From assembly GCF_046119375.1 (NCBI RefSeq), contig NW_027362764.1:394444001-394508000 (forward strand): a DNA stretch of 64,000 nt, in the 5' to 3' direction. Below the pieces are notes generated by a model that was not told the origin of the DNA, ran no database searches, and saw only the letters and a list, made by a program, of their open reading frames with translations. Source of the stretch: Phyllobates terribilis (lineage: Eukaryota). Position 1 is the first letter of the stretch; each line of letters starts with the position of its first letter. Shown here in pieces: positions 11,058 through 24,189 of this stretch. The position numbers and the translations under genes are program-made.

Positions 11058-11290
11058 TGCCGGAACTCCACTGCAGCCGTACCCAAATTCTGCCATGTGT
11101 CTTCCTACTACCTGCTGGCATCCTGGCCTTCCCTTATGATTAGAAGACCATTACATAGAGGACATCATGACATGTTTTGCAGCGCAATGTCATGACTTTA
11201 CGTAGCCTACTAATCAGAAGAGGCGCCCAGGATGCCAACAGGTAGTAGGAGGTTTACAGTGATATGTTACGACTGCCGTGGAATCCCAAG
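11058..11290. repeat. Degenerate palindromic MITE-like element
   Basis: CCTACTACCTGCTGGCATCCTGG (about 11104) pairs with CCAGGATGCCAACAGGTAGTAGG (about 11227); the outer arms pair more weakly. Confidence 0.55.
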
Positions 11291-11568
11291 TGGCTGAAAG
11301 ATCAGAGTCCACCAAATTGTTTTATTCAGTTCTAATATTGGTATGAAACATATTTAAACAAAAAATACATATAATATGAAAGAATATCTATTGAAAGACA
11401 TTTTTTGTAGAGGTGTATTAGATACAAAGTTGTATATCTTAGGAGACCCCTCTATGTTAGTTCTATTTGTAAAAATAACTGTGCCACTTTTGTACCCTGG
11501 AACTTATGACTTTCTAGCCACTTCCCCCATGTTTAATGCCTTAGAGACATAGTTGTTTTATATACAGT

Positions 11569-12176
11569 TGTAATGCAGCAGCTTGCGGCATTACTAAAAT
11601 GTCCAGGGGGTGTGTTCTGGCTGACCATGTACCTTCCCTTCAGGTGACTGATCAAATGACTGTGACATCATCACAGGTCCTGTGCACACAGAAGGATATA
11701 TAAATCCTGGTGGTTTTGAAACAGTGGGAGGCAAGATGCCTGAACCCTGTGTCTAGGACACCATTAGCCTTGGGAGGCAAGAGGACTGATCCCTGTGTCT
11801 GGGACACCATTAGCCCTGGAAGGCATGTGGCCTGGAGATCACGTCTGGTGAGCCTTAAACCACAGCTTTGGCAGAACAGTGCTGATAGAATCAGTTAAGA
11901 CCCGGCAAAGGTAAAAACGGTGCTTTTTATGGACATAGATGTTGTTATCTTGCTGAAGTCTGTATCTGAAGCCAAGCGAGCATAGCTGCCACTGAAAAGG
12001 CTCTAGGATATTACATGTGTAACATTCCTGCTAGCCACTGAGATGGACTATGTTATAAGCAGTTTATGATGTGTAATAAACTGCTGGACTTCATATTACC
12101 GGAAAACATTGCATGTGTTCTTTAATTGACCCGGTGGAGTGAGTGCCCTCAACATGATCATTAGCGCTACCTTACA
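11569..12176 (+). mobile_element. Probable solo LTR (~608 bp)
   Basis: TGTAA...TTACA termini, flanks CAGT/CATT (3 of 4 match), TATATAAA near 11696 and AATAAA near 12076. Confidence 0.5.
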
Positions 12177-12395
12177 CATTGTATTTAGCAGAAGTTCCAT
12201 AGAGAAGGCTTAGGAAATAGGTTTACTAAATACATGGCATGTGCTGTGTAAAAATACAAAATGTATTACCTCTCTTTTCGTATTCATCACATAAAGAATG
12301 TAACCAAAAATAATATCCATATTTGGTATTGATTTATATTTGTGCAGGATAATAAAATATCATATTATTTATCTAGCACAGTGAATGTTCTAAAG

Positions 12396-12579
12396 CATTG
12401 TTTCCCAAACTCCGGTCCTCACATCCCCCCACTGGTCATGTGTTCAGGATTACCTTAGTATAGCTTAGGTGGAGGAAGCATCATCAAGGCATCAGGAATT
12501 CTCTCACCTGTGCAATACTATAGAAATCCGAAAACTTGACCTGTGGGAGGCTGAGAGACCTGGAGTTTGGGGAACACTG
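12396..12579. mobile_element. hAT-type MITE
   Basis: TIRs CATTGTTTCCCAAACTCC / GGAGTTTGGGGAACACTG; flanks TTCTAAAG/TTCTTAAC (6 of 8 match). Confidence 0.65.
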
Positions 12580-12904
12580 TTCTTAACAAATATAAATTAT
12601 AATTGCCATTCTTGTTTTTTGCCTCCCTAAAGTTTTAAAAATGTCTCTTGTTCTCACAAAAAACAAACCCTCATAAAACTCCATTGATGGAAAAATGAAA
12701 ACTTTATAGATCTGGGTAGAGGTGAGCGGCTATCTGGCTCATGGAAAATGGATGGTAAGCTGAGGTAACCAACAGCATATTTAACAACTCACTGCAGTAT
12801 CAGACTTTTTAGGCTACCTAAATTGTATAAACTGTTCTAAAAATTATATCTTTTCCTCAGCTATTTGTCAAATTGTTCATTTTGTGTAAGAAAATTGTAC
12901 TTAT

Positions 12905-13385
12905 ATAATTGAAAGAATTTGCTTTTGAAACTTTAAACAATTATTTGGGGGGGGGATAATTTCCCCCTTTCTGATCTGCTCTGAGCAGAGGCTGAACACT
13001 TGGATAAGTGTTGACCCTGCAGAAAGTACATAGTGGTCACCTGATTATACATGTGATTGGCAACCATCGACTGTGCAAAAGTTTTACCAACTAGGGAAAT
13101 CAAATTTCCCTGTTAATACACAAATTCCCCCACATAAAGAAATTCTTAATAATTTTGTGAAACATTGTTCTATTTCTGACAGATCAAAATTGGCATATTT
13201 CCAGGAAATGTGCTCTGTAATCGGTATGGCTTTTCTACAATGAACAGTTGCCACCCACATTTATGACCAGGTGACCACTATCTTGAACTGTATGACTCCT
13301 GCACAGAGCAGGTCAGAAAAAGAAAATTTGATTTTAAAATTATTCAATTATTAAAACAAAATTCATTGAATTCCTTGAATGACAT
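12905..13385. repeat. Foldback MITE with long degenerate inverted arms
   Basis: CTGATCTGCTCTG..GTGGTCACCTG (12972-13042) is mirrored by CAGGTGACCAC..CAGAGCAGGTCAG (13268-13316). Confidence 0.55.
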
Positions 13386-15239
13386 TTTCTATACAATGCC
13401 AGTCTTACGAATTGGACCCATAGTGTTTCAGCCTAGTGAATGGTATGTAGTGTGTCAAGATTAAGATCGTAAGGTTATTAATGCTGTTGTGATCGCTCTT
13501 TTATTTAAGTTCCTGAAATAAACAAAAGTTTTTAGAGTCTGGAATCGGAATGCTGGACTTCATCTCTTCCTAGTAAAGTTCTAAAGTTGCAGTTCCTTTA
13601 GAATAGTTAAATCATCATTTTATCAATGATTATAAATTTGTTAATACTAAATTATTTTCAACACTGCTGCTTCATAACAGATAGAAGCTTAGAGGACTGT
13701 GAAATGTAAGCAAGTAACACAGCATTACATTATATATGACAATTAATTAAAGTCTTATGAACAACCTGTGTGACAACATACTATAATTTTTCTTTACACT
13801 CTATCATTATACTTTATGAGCTGTACAATTAATCTGAAATAATTTAGACATTCCCTAATTTATATTAATACACCACTCCAATTATATACTTTACATAATG
13901 CATAATAATCACATTTGCCCTATAATTTTTTAAAAAAATATTTACATACTGTTTTATACTACCACTTATCTAACTGTAGCACATGTAACAAGCTGTTAGA
14001 GTACAACATATAAATATCTTGGGAATGGGATTGATCAATTTGATTTCAGATTAAAAAAAAAACATTAACCAAAATGTTCTATTCTAATGATTTACTATTT
14101 ATGAAGGAGTAACTTTGCATTTAGGTTATATTAACTTATCATGCACAGTATGATTAGCACAGTATTAGCCAAGTATTTCCTAAATAAAGCACAGTCAGGG
14201 TAAGAAGAAAAACAGAAGTTACATACCTGTACTGTGCAACTCCACTCAGCAGTACATCAGTAAAAGAGAATAGAGATGGATGTTCCTTTACAAAAACACA
14301 AATTAAAAACTTCCCTTGTAGCTTAACCTTGTGCAGCAGAAAGCAAGTAATACATTTCAAAAATTGACCTGTTTAAATGCTCCTAGATTTACTGGATGGC
14401 AAGAAAATAATAATAATGTTTAATACATAGATCTTGAAGTTTCCAGATTTTGAATTGAGAAAAAAAACTCAAAAGTCAGACCCATTTGTTGCACAAGAAT
14501 GGAGAGAAGCAGCAAGCCAGGGAGACCCGCTGCATTTCTAGATATCATAATGAGATAAAAAAGTTTACCTCCATTATAGAACTCTGGACACCAACATTAG
14601 CTGGCTTAACAAGTCCGTGTTTCCCAGTTCATGTTTGCCCCAAACAAATGAATTTCTGATCTGACCCGACGCCAACAGCCTTATATATGCCTGTGAAACT
14701 ACCGAATTCATGTCAAGAGACCCATAGCCCGTCCAGAAATCATGATCTCTATATGGACAGTGAAATTTGAGAATGTGAAGCTGAATACTTTCAGGCACAA
14801 CAGTATCATCATCACTTTTAATCCCTTGCAGTCATTAAGGAGCCTTACTCCTCATCACTGCTTTTTTATAGTCCTAAAGAATAAGCAAATGAGTGCTCCC
14901 CGGACAGGTGAAAATGCAGTGGGTGTTAGTTATTATGACTGTATTATAGCTGACACTCTGCAGCATTAGCCTAATCTGTTTTCGCACTGATTATGGCCTT
15001 TCAAACCTCTGTATGTCACTGTCAATCACAAAAGTGACATCTGGATTGTTTACAGAGGGTAAGAACTCCCTCTCTACCCCTAAAAGGCTGAGTGAGAGTA
15101 AAATTGACAAATCTCATACACTGCAATACAGAAGCATTGCAGTGTATGAAACCAGCAATCACAGTGAAAAATGTCCAAGTCCTAATGTGGGACCAAGCAA
15201 CAATGTAAGAAAACCCATACAAAAACCATTAAAATAACT

Positions 15240-15560
15240 TTTGCCACTAAAAACCCAACTTTTGTGTAAAAACTAAAGTAAAAAACATAAACACAATTGG
15301 TATTGTTGCGTCCAGAATGACCTGAACAATAAAACGGTCACATTATTCTGTACATGCAATGCTCTGAAGAGATAATTAGAAAGCACACCACAAATTTAGC
15401 TTTTTCACCATGCTAAAATGCAAATATGGAATAGAAAGCTTGTCCAGCAAAAAACAAGCTCTCATATGGTCTCTCAGCAGAAATTTATAAATAAATGTTA
15501 CAGTTCTCAGAATATGGTGATGTAAAAAAAAATATTTAAAAATACTGCTTTTCAGATATG
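15240..15560 (+). repeat. Fragment of the AT-rich TTAA-type non-autonomous DNA transposon family
   Basis: Similar to internal segments of the 18981-23027 element (e.g. TTTGGTATCGCCGC..CC-like motifs, AAACAAGC..TCATATG). Confidence 0.45.
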
Positions 15561-16129
15561 TGCACACATTAAGTTTTGGCAGCATATTTTTTCTGCACCA
15601 AAAAGCAGAGTGTTAGCAGGAAGAACATTGTGCAAAATATGCATGTTTTTTACATGTTTTTACATGCTTTTGTTATGTGTTTTTACTTGCATTTATTTCC
15701 CATTCATTTGAAGATTTGGAAGATGCTGCAAAAACATTGAAAGAATTGACATGCTGCAGAATTGAAAAAATGCATTGATGGTTCAAATTCTCAAGGTAAA
15801 AATAAACCACTTCAACACAACATTCCAGAAACCCCATTCACTTTGCTGGTCCTGACTGTTAGGTGTTTGCAGGATCTGAAATGTATTCAGAAACATCAGT
15901 AGATTCTGTGGTCTCCCATTCTGGTCCAGCCAGGGCAGATGCTGCTCAGCATCTACATTGGTCCCAATACCTAGCTGGTGCACGAGATGTACAGGTTGTC
16001 TCTTGGGTTTTTGTTCCTAGCAACATGAAGGATTTTTTGCGGAGGGAAACAGGGCTGCTACAGCCTAAGTCCAGGATTCACTGCACTGAGCATGCCCGTG
16101 AAATGGCGGACCGTGATTGGTGGTTTGGG

Positions 16130-16810
16130 AGTCAGCTGATCCGGTGACCTGGCACCGCCTGATTGGTCGCGGGTGATGTCTCCAATAATGCGACGGTGGG
16201 CAGGGCTTAAACTTTAAATAGCCCGCCCACAAACATGGCGGCGCGCTCTGATCATTGAGCTATGATGGTGTAATTGTGTGGATGCTTGGTCGTTTGGGCT
16301 CCACGTGTGCTTTAGCTTCTGTAAGGCAGGTTTAGCAGGGGATAGGCAGCCTTAGATGGAGGGAGGCAGGTAGCTTCGTCTGACAGTCTGGCTCCGACAA
16401 AGGGGCCGCCATACACCCCGAGCAGTCTGCAGACGCCGTATTCCCGGCACCGTCTGTAAGCCACGCGGAGAGATATTCCTCAGTCCGGTAGCACACCGGC
16501 TGGGAGCACGTATACGCCGGCGTGAATCACACACGCATCCTAGCACCTGCTGCGTAGTCCCTGTGCAGTAAACAGGGCTACGGATACATTATTTGTAGCA
16601 CATCTCTCGTGCGGTTAACGGAGATAGTGCGAATCCGTATTCCCGTTCCGGTGTGCAGTAACACGGAATGGATTGTTATTTCTGGTGGTTGTTTTACCTT
16701 CTTACACGGAAGGTGTTCGGCCGCAGTCCTCCAGACTGCAACGCGGACCCTGGGTTCGGTTGCTTTCCATTATTTAATAAAGTTGTTTGCAACCGTCCCC
16801 TTAACACTGG
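16130..16810 (+). other. CpG-rich unit with promoter-like 5' part and AATAAA 3' part; possibly a short non-autonomous YR-retroelement derivative
   Basis: ATTGG boxes, TTTAAATA, AACATGGCGGC and AATAAAG (about 16777). GGCCGCAGTCCTCC resembles the Ngaro 3' motif GGTCAGAGTCCTGC at about 37855. Confidence 0.3.
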
Positions 16811-17121
16811 CATGCTGCACCTTGGCAAAAAAAAAGACATTGTATATGTGAGATTTCAGAAACCTCATTGCTTATATTGTCATTGCAAAATACTCTGTAA
16901 ATAAATGCAGCAAAAATAAAAATAAACACCGTGTGTGAATATACTCTAAATTTGATATCACGCAAAGAAAAAAATCATCAATTTTGCAGCACAGTGAATG
17001 GCATAACAAATAAATGATTAAAAACTATTTCAGAATTGCTGGGTTTCGTTCATTCTACGTCCAAAAACTACCAAGAGAATCAATCATACAATGTTATGTA
17101 GCCACAGTATGGAACAATTTA

Positions 17122-17862
17122 CTGTATTTTTCGGACCATAAAATGCACTTTTTCCCCCCATATTTGGGAGGAAAATGGGGGATGGGTCTTATGGTCCGAA
17201 CATAGCGCTTATCGGATAGTTGCAGTGGTAATGGAGCGGGATCGCAGGGCCCTCTGTTCCCTCCCTCCTTCAGGAACCCGGCGGTGGCAACAGAAGAGGT
17301 GAGATGCTGCCGGCCGATGTCTGGCTGTCGGCAGTGAGGCAGAGCGATGAGCGTGGTTTTTCCGTGGTTGCAGCCATCTTCCTGAAGCTGTGATCTACAG
17401 GAAAATGGCCTCCCAAGCCAGCACATGCGCAGCCCGAGAGCTTTGGGGGGCATTTTCCTGTAGATCACAGCTCCAGGAAGATGGCTGCAGCCACCGGAAA
17501 GCCACACTACTCTGCCACACCACTCACAGCCAGGCACCAGGCCCCATTCAGACACCGGGCCTCAGCCAGACACCAGGCATCAGCCAGACACCAGGCCCCA
17601 GCCATCTCACCCCTTCTGCTGCAGCCGCTGGGTTCCTGAGGGAGGGAATGGAGGGCCCTGCAATCCTGCTCCATCACCACTGCAACTCCCCCGCTGCTGG
17701 AGCACCGGCTTCCTGAAGGACCCTACCTCCTTTCACCCCCACTCCACCGCCACCCCAGGTAAGATAGTGTACCTATTCAGACGGACCCCCATATTAAAAA
17801 AAATAATTGTTATATTTTCCACCCCAAAATTTGGGGTGCGTCTTATAGTCCGAAAAATATGG
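17122..17862. mobile_element. pogo/Tc2-like MITE
   Basis: TA flanks; TIRs CTGTATTTTTCGGACCATAAAATGCAC / GTGCGTCTTATAGTCCGAAAAATATGG. Confidence 0.75.
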
Positions 17863-20481
17863 TAAATCTTCAACTTATCACATAAAAAAACTATTAGCAT
17901 CGAGTAAAACAGTTATCTCTCTCAGAAAATGTCAATGAAAAAACTACTTTGGATGAAATATTGCTTTTACTGTGCAAAAATTATCAAACATAAAAACTAT
18001 GTAAATCATGTATTGTTGTAATAATACTGACCTGAAGAATAAAGCTGTCATCACTTCTGCTGCATAGTTCATAGCATAAATAAGAGATCCAAAAAGGATC
18101 ATTAGGAAGAAATTGTAATTGGTAGAAATTTGAAAACAATGTGTCCATTTTGTACTATTACCCCTTGTGACAATGAAATATTTTAGACCTAATTAACATT
18201 TTAGTAGAAAAAAGCACCTGTGGATTAAAAATGCATACTGCACCCCTAGATGAGTTTCGTGAGAGGTTTAGTTTCCAAAATGGGGTCCCTTGTTGGAAGT
18301 TTCTGACGTTTTGGCACTCAGGAGCTTTGTAAAAGCAACATGGTGTTACATCCAATCCTGCCAAATTTATTGTTCAAAAATAATATGGTGCAATTTTTGT
18401 TTCTGAGCCATGCATGTGTCCAAACACTAGTTTTCAACTACATATGGGGTATCACCGTGTTCAGGAGAATTTTTATAATAAACTGTTGGGTTCATTTTCT
18501 CCGAATGTGATAATGATTAAATTGGAGCTAAAACAACTTAAAATAAGCACTATTTTTTTTTCTCCTCCAAATGTTATAAAGTTCCGTAGTTCTAAATGCT
18601 CACCACAGCCCTAAATAAAATAATTGAGGGATCTATTTTCCCAAGTAGGGTCAGTTACAAGGGGTTGCTACTCGTTTGGCACCTCAGTGGCTTTGCAAAT
18701 GTGACACGACATCCTCAATATATTCCAGACAAAATACACACCAAAAATCAAGTAGCACTATTTCCTTTCCAATCTCTGCCATATACCCAAACATTTTTTG
18801 ACCACATATTGGGAATTGACACGTTTAAGAGAAATTGACTATTGTGGTGTTCATTTTCTCCTATTAATCCTTGAGGAAATGACCAAAAAATTATTTTTCA
18901 TTTTCACATACCAATGTTATAAAATTATGTGAGGCAACTATAGGTTCAAAATCTTCACCACACCTATATGAATCCCTTAACCACTTCGCGACGGCCCACT
19001 GTAGATAAACGTCGGCGCTTGCTGGGCTCTGTGCAGCGACGACGTTTAAAAACGGTGGGTGGTCTCGCAGCGCTCAGGACCCCCAGGGTCCTGCAAGCGC
19101 TGCGATTCCGGTGCAGAGCGTTAGCTCTGACAGGGAACATCATCGGGACCTGATTGGATCAGGCCCCAGTGATGTTAACCCTTTGCTGTCTTCTATATGC
19201 CGCGATCTATAGTGATCGCGGCATATAGAAGACAGCAGGAGGAGAGGGGGTCATCCACTTACCTCTCCGATGGCCCCCTTATACCTTCCAGGACCTGGCG
19301 TTGCTATGGCAGCTGGAAGTCACATGACCGCCTCCAGATCTGCCATATATGGTGTCCTGCCTGGCTCAGCCTGCAGCTGAAGCCTGGCAGGACACACTGA
19401 CTGTGAAAGTCAGCAAAGATCTCATGGTATGTAATACATGTCTATTACATTCCATCAGATCAGTGATCAGAAAAATAAAAATTAATGTCCCATACAGGGA
19501 CTAAGTAAAAATGTAAAAAAAAAGTAAAAAAAATGTTTTTAAACTGTTAAAAAAAAATCACAAAATAAATAAAAATAAATAAAATATTAAACCAATAAAC
19601 CCGTATATTTATGCAAAACTAATAAAAGTACACAAATTTGGTATCGCCGCATCCGAAACAACCCAATCTATAAAACTGTCACACTAATTAACTCCTTCTG
19701 TGCACACCGTAATAAAAATAAATAAAAAATGGAGCAAAAAAATATGCTTTTTCATCATATCACCAAACAAAAAGTGGAAAAAAATGCGATTAAAAAGCAA
19801 AATGGAAATAAAAATGGTACAGCTGAAAACGTCATCTTGTTCCGCAAAAAGAAAGCCACCATACAGCTCCATCAGCCAAAAAATAAAAAAGTTATAGTGC
19901 TCAGAATAAAGCAATGCAAAAAAAATATTTTTTCTATAAAATTGTTTTATTGTGTAAAAGCGCCGAAACATAAAAAAAATACAGTAAGTGTAGTATCGCT
20001 GTAAACGTACTGACCGGAAGAATAACGCTGCCTGATCACTTTTACCACACGCAGAACGGCATAAAAAACCCCTCAAAAAACAATTCCCGAATTGTTGGTT
20101 TTTGTTAATTTTACCTCCCAAAAAACGGAATAGAAAGCGATCAAAAAATGTCAAGTACCCAAAAATGGTACCAATAAAAATGTCAACTCGTCCCGCAAAA
20201 AACAAGCCATCACATGACTCTGTCGGCCGAAATATGGAAAAATTATAGATCTCAAAATATGGCGATGCAAAAACTAGATTTTGCAAAAAAAGCGTCTCTT
20301 AGTGTGTGACAGCTGTCAGTCATAAAAACCCGATATAAATCTGGTATCTCTGTAATCGCACCGACCCGAAGAATAAAGTAATCTCATCACTTATACCGCA
20401 TGGGGAACGGCGTAAAAAATAAATAAAACCAATTCTTCACCTGCTACTGATTTGTTTATTATGTCTCCCAAAGATCGCAGT

Positions 20482-20870
20482 AAGGCTCTGCTCACATTTA
20501 TCCTGCGCTCTGCGCTGAGCGCTTACACCAGAGTTTCCGTGTAAATCTCTGAAATACGTGATTCAGACGGAACCCATGATGGAAGATTCCCTGTAATGAG
20601 GCAGATATAGGCCACTGTGGATGCCGTCTGGCCTGTGATCCCACGGTGTCATTTGTTTTAGGCGTGCATAAAAGTGCAGTTGGCCACAGTTTTGTGCACT
20701 TCAGAATAAAAGGACACCGCTAAACAGAGGCCAGACAGAGTCCAGAGTAACTCTGCTGCCTCATTACAGTGAATGGATCCCGCAGGGGTTTCATCTGAAT
20801 TACATCACTTGGAAATTTAGATGGAAACCCCGATGTAAGTGCTCAGCCTAGAGCGCCGGATAAATGTTAC
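20482..20870. mobile_element. Nested MITE (PIF/Harbinger-like ends, right end eroded)
   Basis: ACATTTATCCTGCGCTCTGCGCTGAGCGCTTAC is mirrored by GTAAGTGCTCAGCCTAGAGCGCCGGATAAATGT. Confidence 0.55.
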
Positions 20871-21328
20871 GTAAAATGTTCCCAATAAAAGCTTCAACTC
20901 AGTCCTCAAAAAAAGCTAGTCCCCACTCAGGTCCGTCATCTGTTAAAAATATAAGGGACTTCCAAGTTATTGGTAGCAGAAAGGCTCTGGAAAAGCGAAA
21001 TGGCCCTTGCCCCCCAAAAGAAATTCAGAAAATGTTGTGCTCCCAAATCCAAATGCCTATTCTACAATAATTTGTTCTCCAATTGTCAAATAGCGCTCCG
21101 TCCCCCCCAGATCTCGCCGTGTGGCTGAGCGGTACGATACAGCCACATATGGGGTATTGCCACTTTTAGAAGAAATTGTGTGACACATTTCGGCACCATT
21201 TTTACCCATTGCCCTGTGTGAAAATGTAAAATCTGAGGGTAAAACATTTTTTTGCGGTAAAAAATAATTATGCTTTTTTCACTGCCCAACGGTATAAATT
21301 AAAAAATTAAAAAATGCTCACTACTTCT

Positions 21329-22500
21329 CTAGATGAATTCCTTGTGAGGTGTAGTTTACAAAATGGGGTCACTTGTGGGGGTTTCTGCTGTTTCGGCATG
21401 TCAGCGACTCTTCAGATGTGACATGGTGTCTGCAACCTATCCCAGCCAACATAGCGCTCCTTTCTCTTCCGAACCCTGCCACCAAAGCAGTGGTTTTACC
21501 CCACATATGGGGTATCGGCGTACTCAGGAGAAATTGCACAACAAATTTCATGGTGCAATTTATCCTGTTACCCTTATGATAATGCAAAATTAGGGAATGA
21601 AAAACATTTTTTGTGGGAAAAATGTGAAAATTTTACTTTTATGGCTCAATATTATAAACTTCTGTGAAGCAGCTGGGGGTGCAAGGTGCTCACCACACAT
21701 CTAGATAAGTTCCCTAACGGGTCTAGTTTCCAAAATGGTGTCACTTGTGGGGGGGTTTCCACTGTTTAGGCACATCAGGGGCTTCCCAAATGCAACATGG
21801 TGTCCTCTAATTATTCAAACAAATTTTACATTCAAAAAGTCAAATGGCGCTCCTTCCCTTTCAAACCCTGCCGTGCGCCCAAACAGTGGTTTGCCTCCAC
21901 ATATGGGGTATCAGCGTGTTCAGGAGAAATTGCACAACAAATTTCATGGTGCAATTTATCCTATTACCCTTATGATAATGCAAAGTTAAGGGATGAAAAA
22001 CGTTTTTGTGGGAAAAATTTGAAAATTTTATTTTTACAGCTCATTATTATAAACTTCTGTGAAGCACCTTGGGGTTCAAGGTGCTCACCACACATCTAGA
22101 TAAGTTCCCTAAGGGGTCTAGTTTCCAAAATGGTGTCACTTGTGGGGGGTTTCCACTGTTTAGGCACATCATGGGCTCTCCAGACGCAACATGGCGCCTG
22201 CTAATTATTCAAACAAATTTTACATTCAAAAAGTCTAATGGCGCTCCTTCCCTTCCGAACCCTGCAGTGCGCCCAAACAGTGGTTTTCCCTCACATTTGG
22301 GGTATCAGCACGCTCAAGAGAAATTGCTCAAAAAATTTTGGGGTCCATTTTTTCCTGTTATCCCTGTGAAAATAAAAAAAATTGGGTCTAAAGTAACATT
22401 TTTGTGAAAAAAGTTAAATGTTAATTTTTTTCTTCCACATTCCAAAAATTCCTGTGAAGCACCTGAAGGGTTAATAAAGTTCTTGAATGTGGTTTTGAGC
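21329..22500. repeat. ~370-395-bp internal tandem repeats (about 3 units)
   Basis: CTAGAT(A/G)A..TTCC..TAGTTT.CAAAATGG.GTCACTTG recurs at 21329, 21701 and 22096. Confidence 0.8.
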
Positions 22501-23859
22501 ACCTTGAGGGGTGCAGTTTTTAGAATGGTCTCACTTTTGGGTATTTTCTGTCACAAAGACCCCTCAAAGTGACTTCAAATATGATGTGGTCCCTAAAAAA
22601 ATGCTTTTGTAAATTTTGTTGGAAAAATTAGAAATCACTGATCAACTTTTAACCCTTATAGTTCCCTAACAAAAAAAACTTTGGTTCCAAAATTGTGCTG
22701 ATGTAAAGTAGACATGTGGGAAATGTTATTTATTAACTATTTTGTGTGACATATCTCTCTGATTTAAGGGCATGAAAATTCAAAATTTGAAAATTGCAAA
22801 ATTTTCAAAATTTTCGCCAAATTTCCGATTATTTCACAAATAAACGCAAGTGATATTGAAGAATTTTTACCACTGTCATGAAGTATAATATGTCACAAAA
22901 AAACAATCTCAGAATCAGGGGAATCCATTGAAGCGTTCCAGAGTAATTACTTCATAAAGTGACAGTGGTCAGAATTGAAAAAATTGGCCCGGTCACGAAG
23001 GCAAAAACAGGCTCTGGTGCGAAGTGGTAAAAGACTCTACTTTCCAAAAATGTGGTCAAATTATGGAGAGTTTCTGCTGTTTTGACACCTTAGGTTCTCT
23101 GAAAATGCAACATGGCATCTACAATGTATTACAGCTAAATTTGTGCTCCAAAATTCAGTTCTGTGCCTTGCCGTGTGCCTAAGCAGAAGTTTTTGACCAC
23201 ATATGTGATACTGGTATGTTTGGAAGATGTTGCTTGACAAATTATGGGAATGATTACAATGATTCTCCTACTACCCTTGTGAAAATGAAAAATTTGTGGT
23301 TAAAGCAATATTTTAGAGGAAAAAATATATATTATTATTTTACTCCACTTTGCATTAATTTCTGTGTTGTACCTGAAGGCAAACAATTTTCCTTAAAGCA
23401 GTTTTGAATAATTTGAGGGGTAAAATTTTTTCACTTTTGCTTTTTTTTTCAAAATATACTCCTAAAAGTCATTTCAAACCTGAATAGGTTCATAAAAAAT
23501 AGAATTTATACATTTCCTTGAAAAAATGCTGCTAAATTTTAACTCCCTTAACTGCCTAACAAAATTATGTTTGAAAAAGATGTTACCATAAGTTCGATAT
23601 ATAACATTAAATATTACAAAAAGTAAAACATGCCAATCTAAGTTTGCCACCAATATAAAGTACAATGTGTCATGAAAAAAAGCAATCTCAGAATCACTGG
23701 GATATGTTAAAGTATTACAGAATCTCATAAGTTTTCACATGTCAGATTTGAAAACTAAGTTATTGCTTTTAACAATGTTTTACAGTTGAAAAGTTAATAA
23801 AAATCTGAGTTACTATAATTTGCATAACTGTATACTTATTTCATGTTGCAACAGATTGC

Positions 23860-24112
23860 ACTGATGTCTTGCAATGCGGGGGTCCTTGGTTTGAATCTGA
23901 CTGACATCATATGCATGGAAATTGTATGTTTTATTTGTGTTTGCATGGGTTTCTGATAAACACTTCAGTTTACTTCCATACAAGCCCCCCACCCCCGAAA
24001 AAAAGAAAACATTCTAGTAAGTTATTTGAACTGTGAGCCCCAATAATTGCAAGAACTAAAGTGAGTGATTAAATGCTTTGTACAGAATTTTGAAGCTATA
24101 TAAATAAATAAA
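23860..24112 (+). mobile_element. Degenerate V-SINE
   Basis: B-box-like GGTTTGAATC, V-domain-like TTGTATGTT..TTTGCATGGGTTTC, and an L2-like tail ending TATATAAATAAATAAA. Confidence 0.6.
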
Positions 24113-24189
24113 ACATAAGAAAATAAGTGTTCAGTTCTTCTGCATTCCCACCATAGGAAAAATAAAGTGCACAGTTATTCCTGAATTAA

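Larger units (their letters stand above)
18981..23027 (+). mobile_element. ~4-kb non-autonomous TTAA-targeting (piggyBac-like) DNA element
   Basis: TTAA|CCACTTCGC at 18977 and GCGAAGTGG|TAAA at 23027. No transposase ORF. Internal perfect 24-bp hairpin at 19184-19237. Confidence 0.7.
16850..23760 (+). mobile_element. Older, decayed copy of the TTAA-type non-autonomous family, interrupted by two insertions
   Basis: 16850-17119, 17864-18976 and 23031-23760 align in order with internal parts of the 18981-23027 element, and the sequence resumes across both insertion points. Confidence 0.6.

Noticed and set aside
14154-14798. Minus-strand ORFs with possible splice sites (14154-14360, 14574-14798)
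   Set aside because: No recognisable protein family and no consistent exon chain could be built by hand.
19684-20286. 200-aa minus-strand ORF
   Set aside because: F/I/L-rich translation of A-tract-rich non-autonomous transposon DNA; a compositional artefact.
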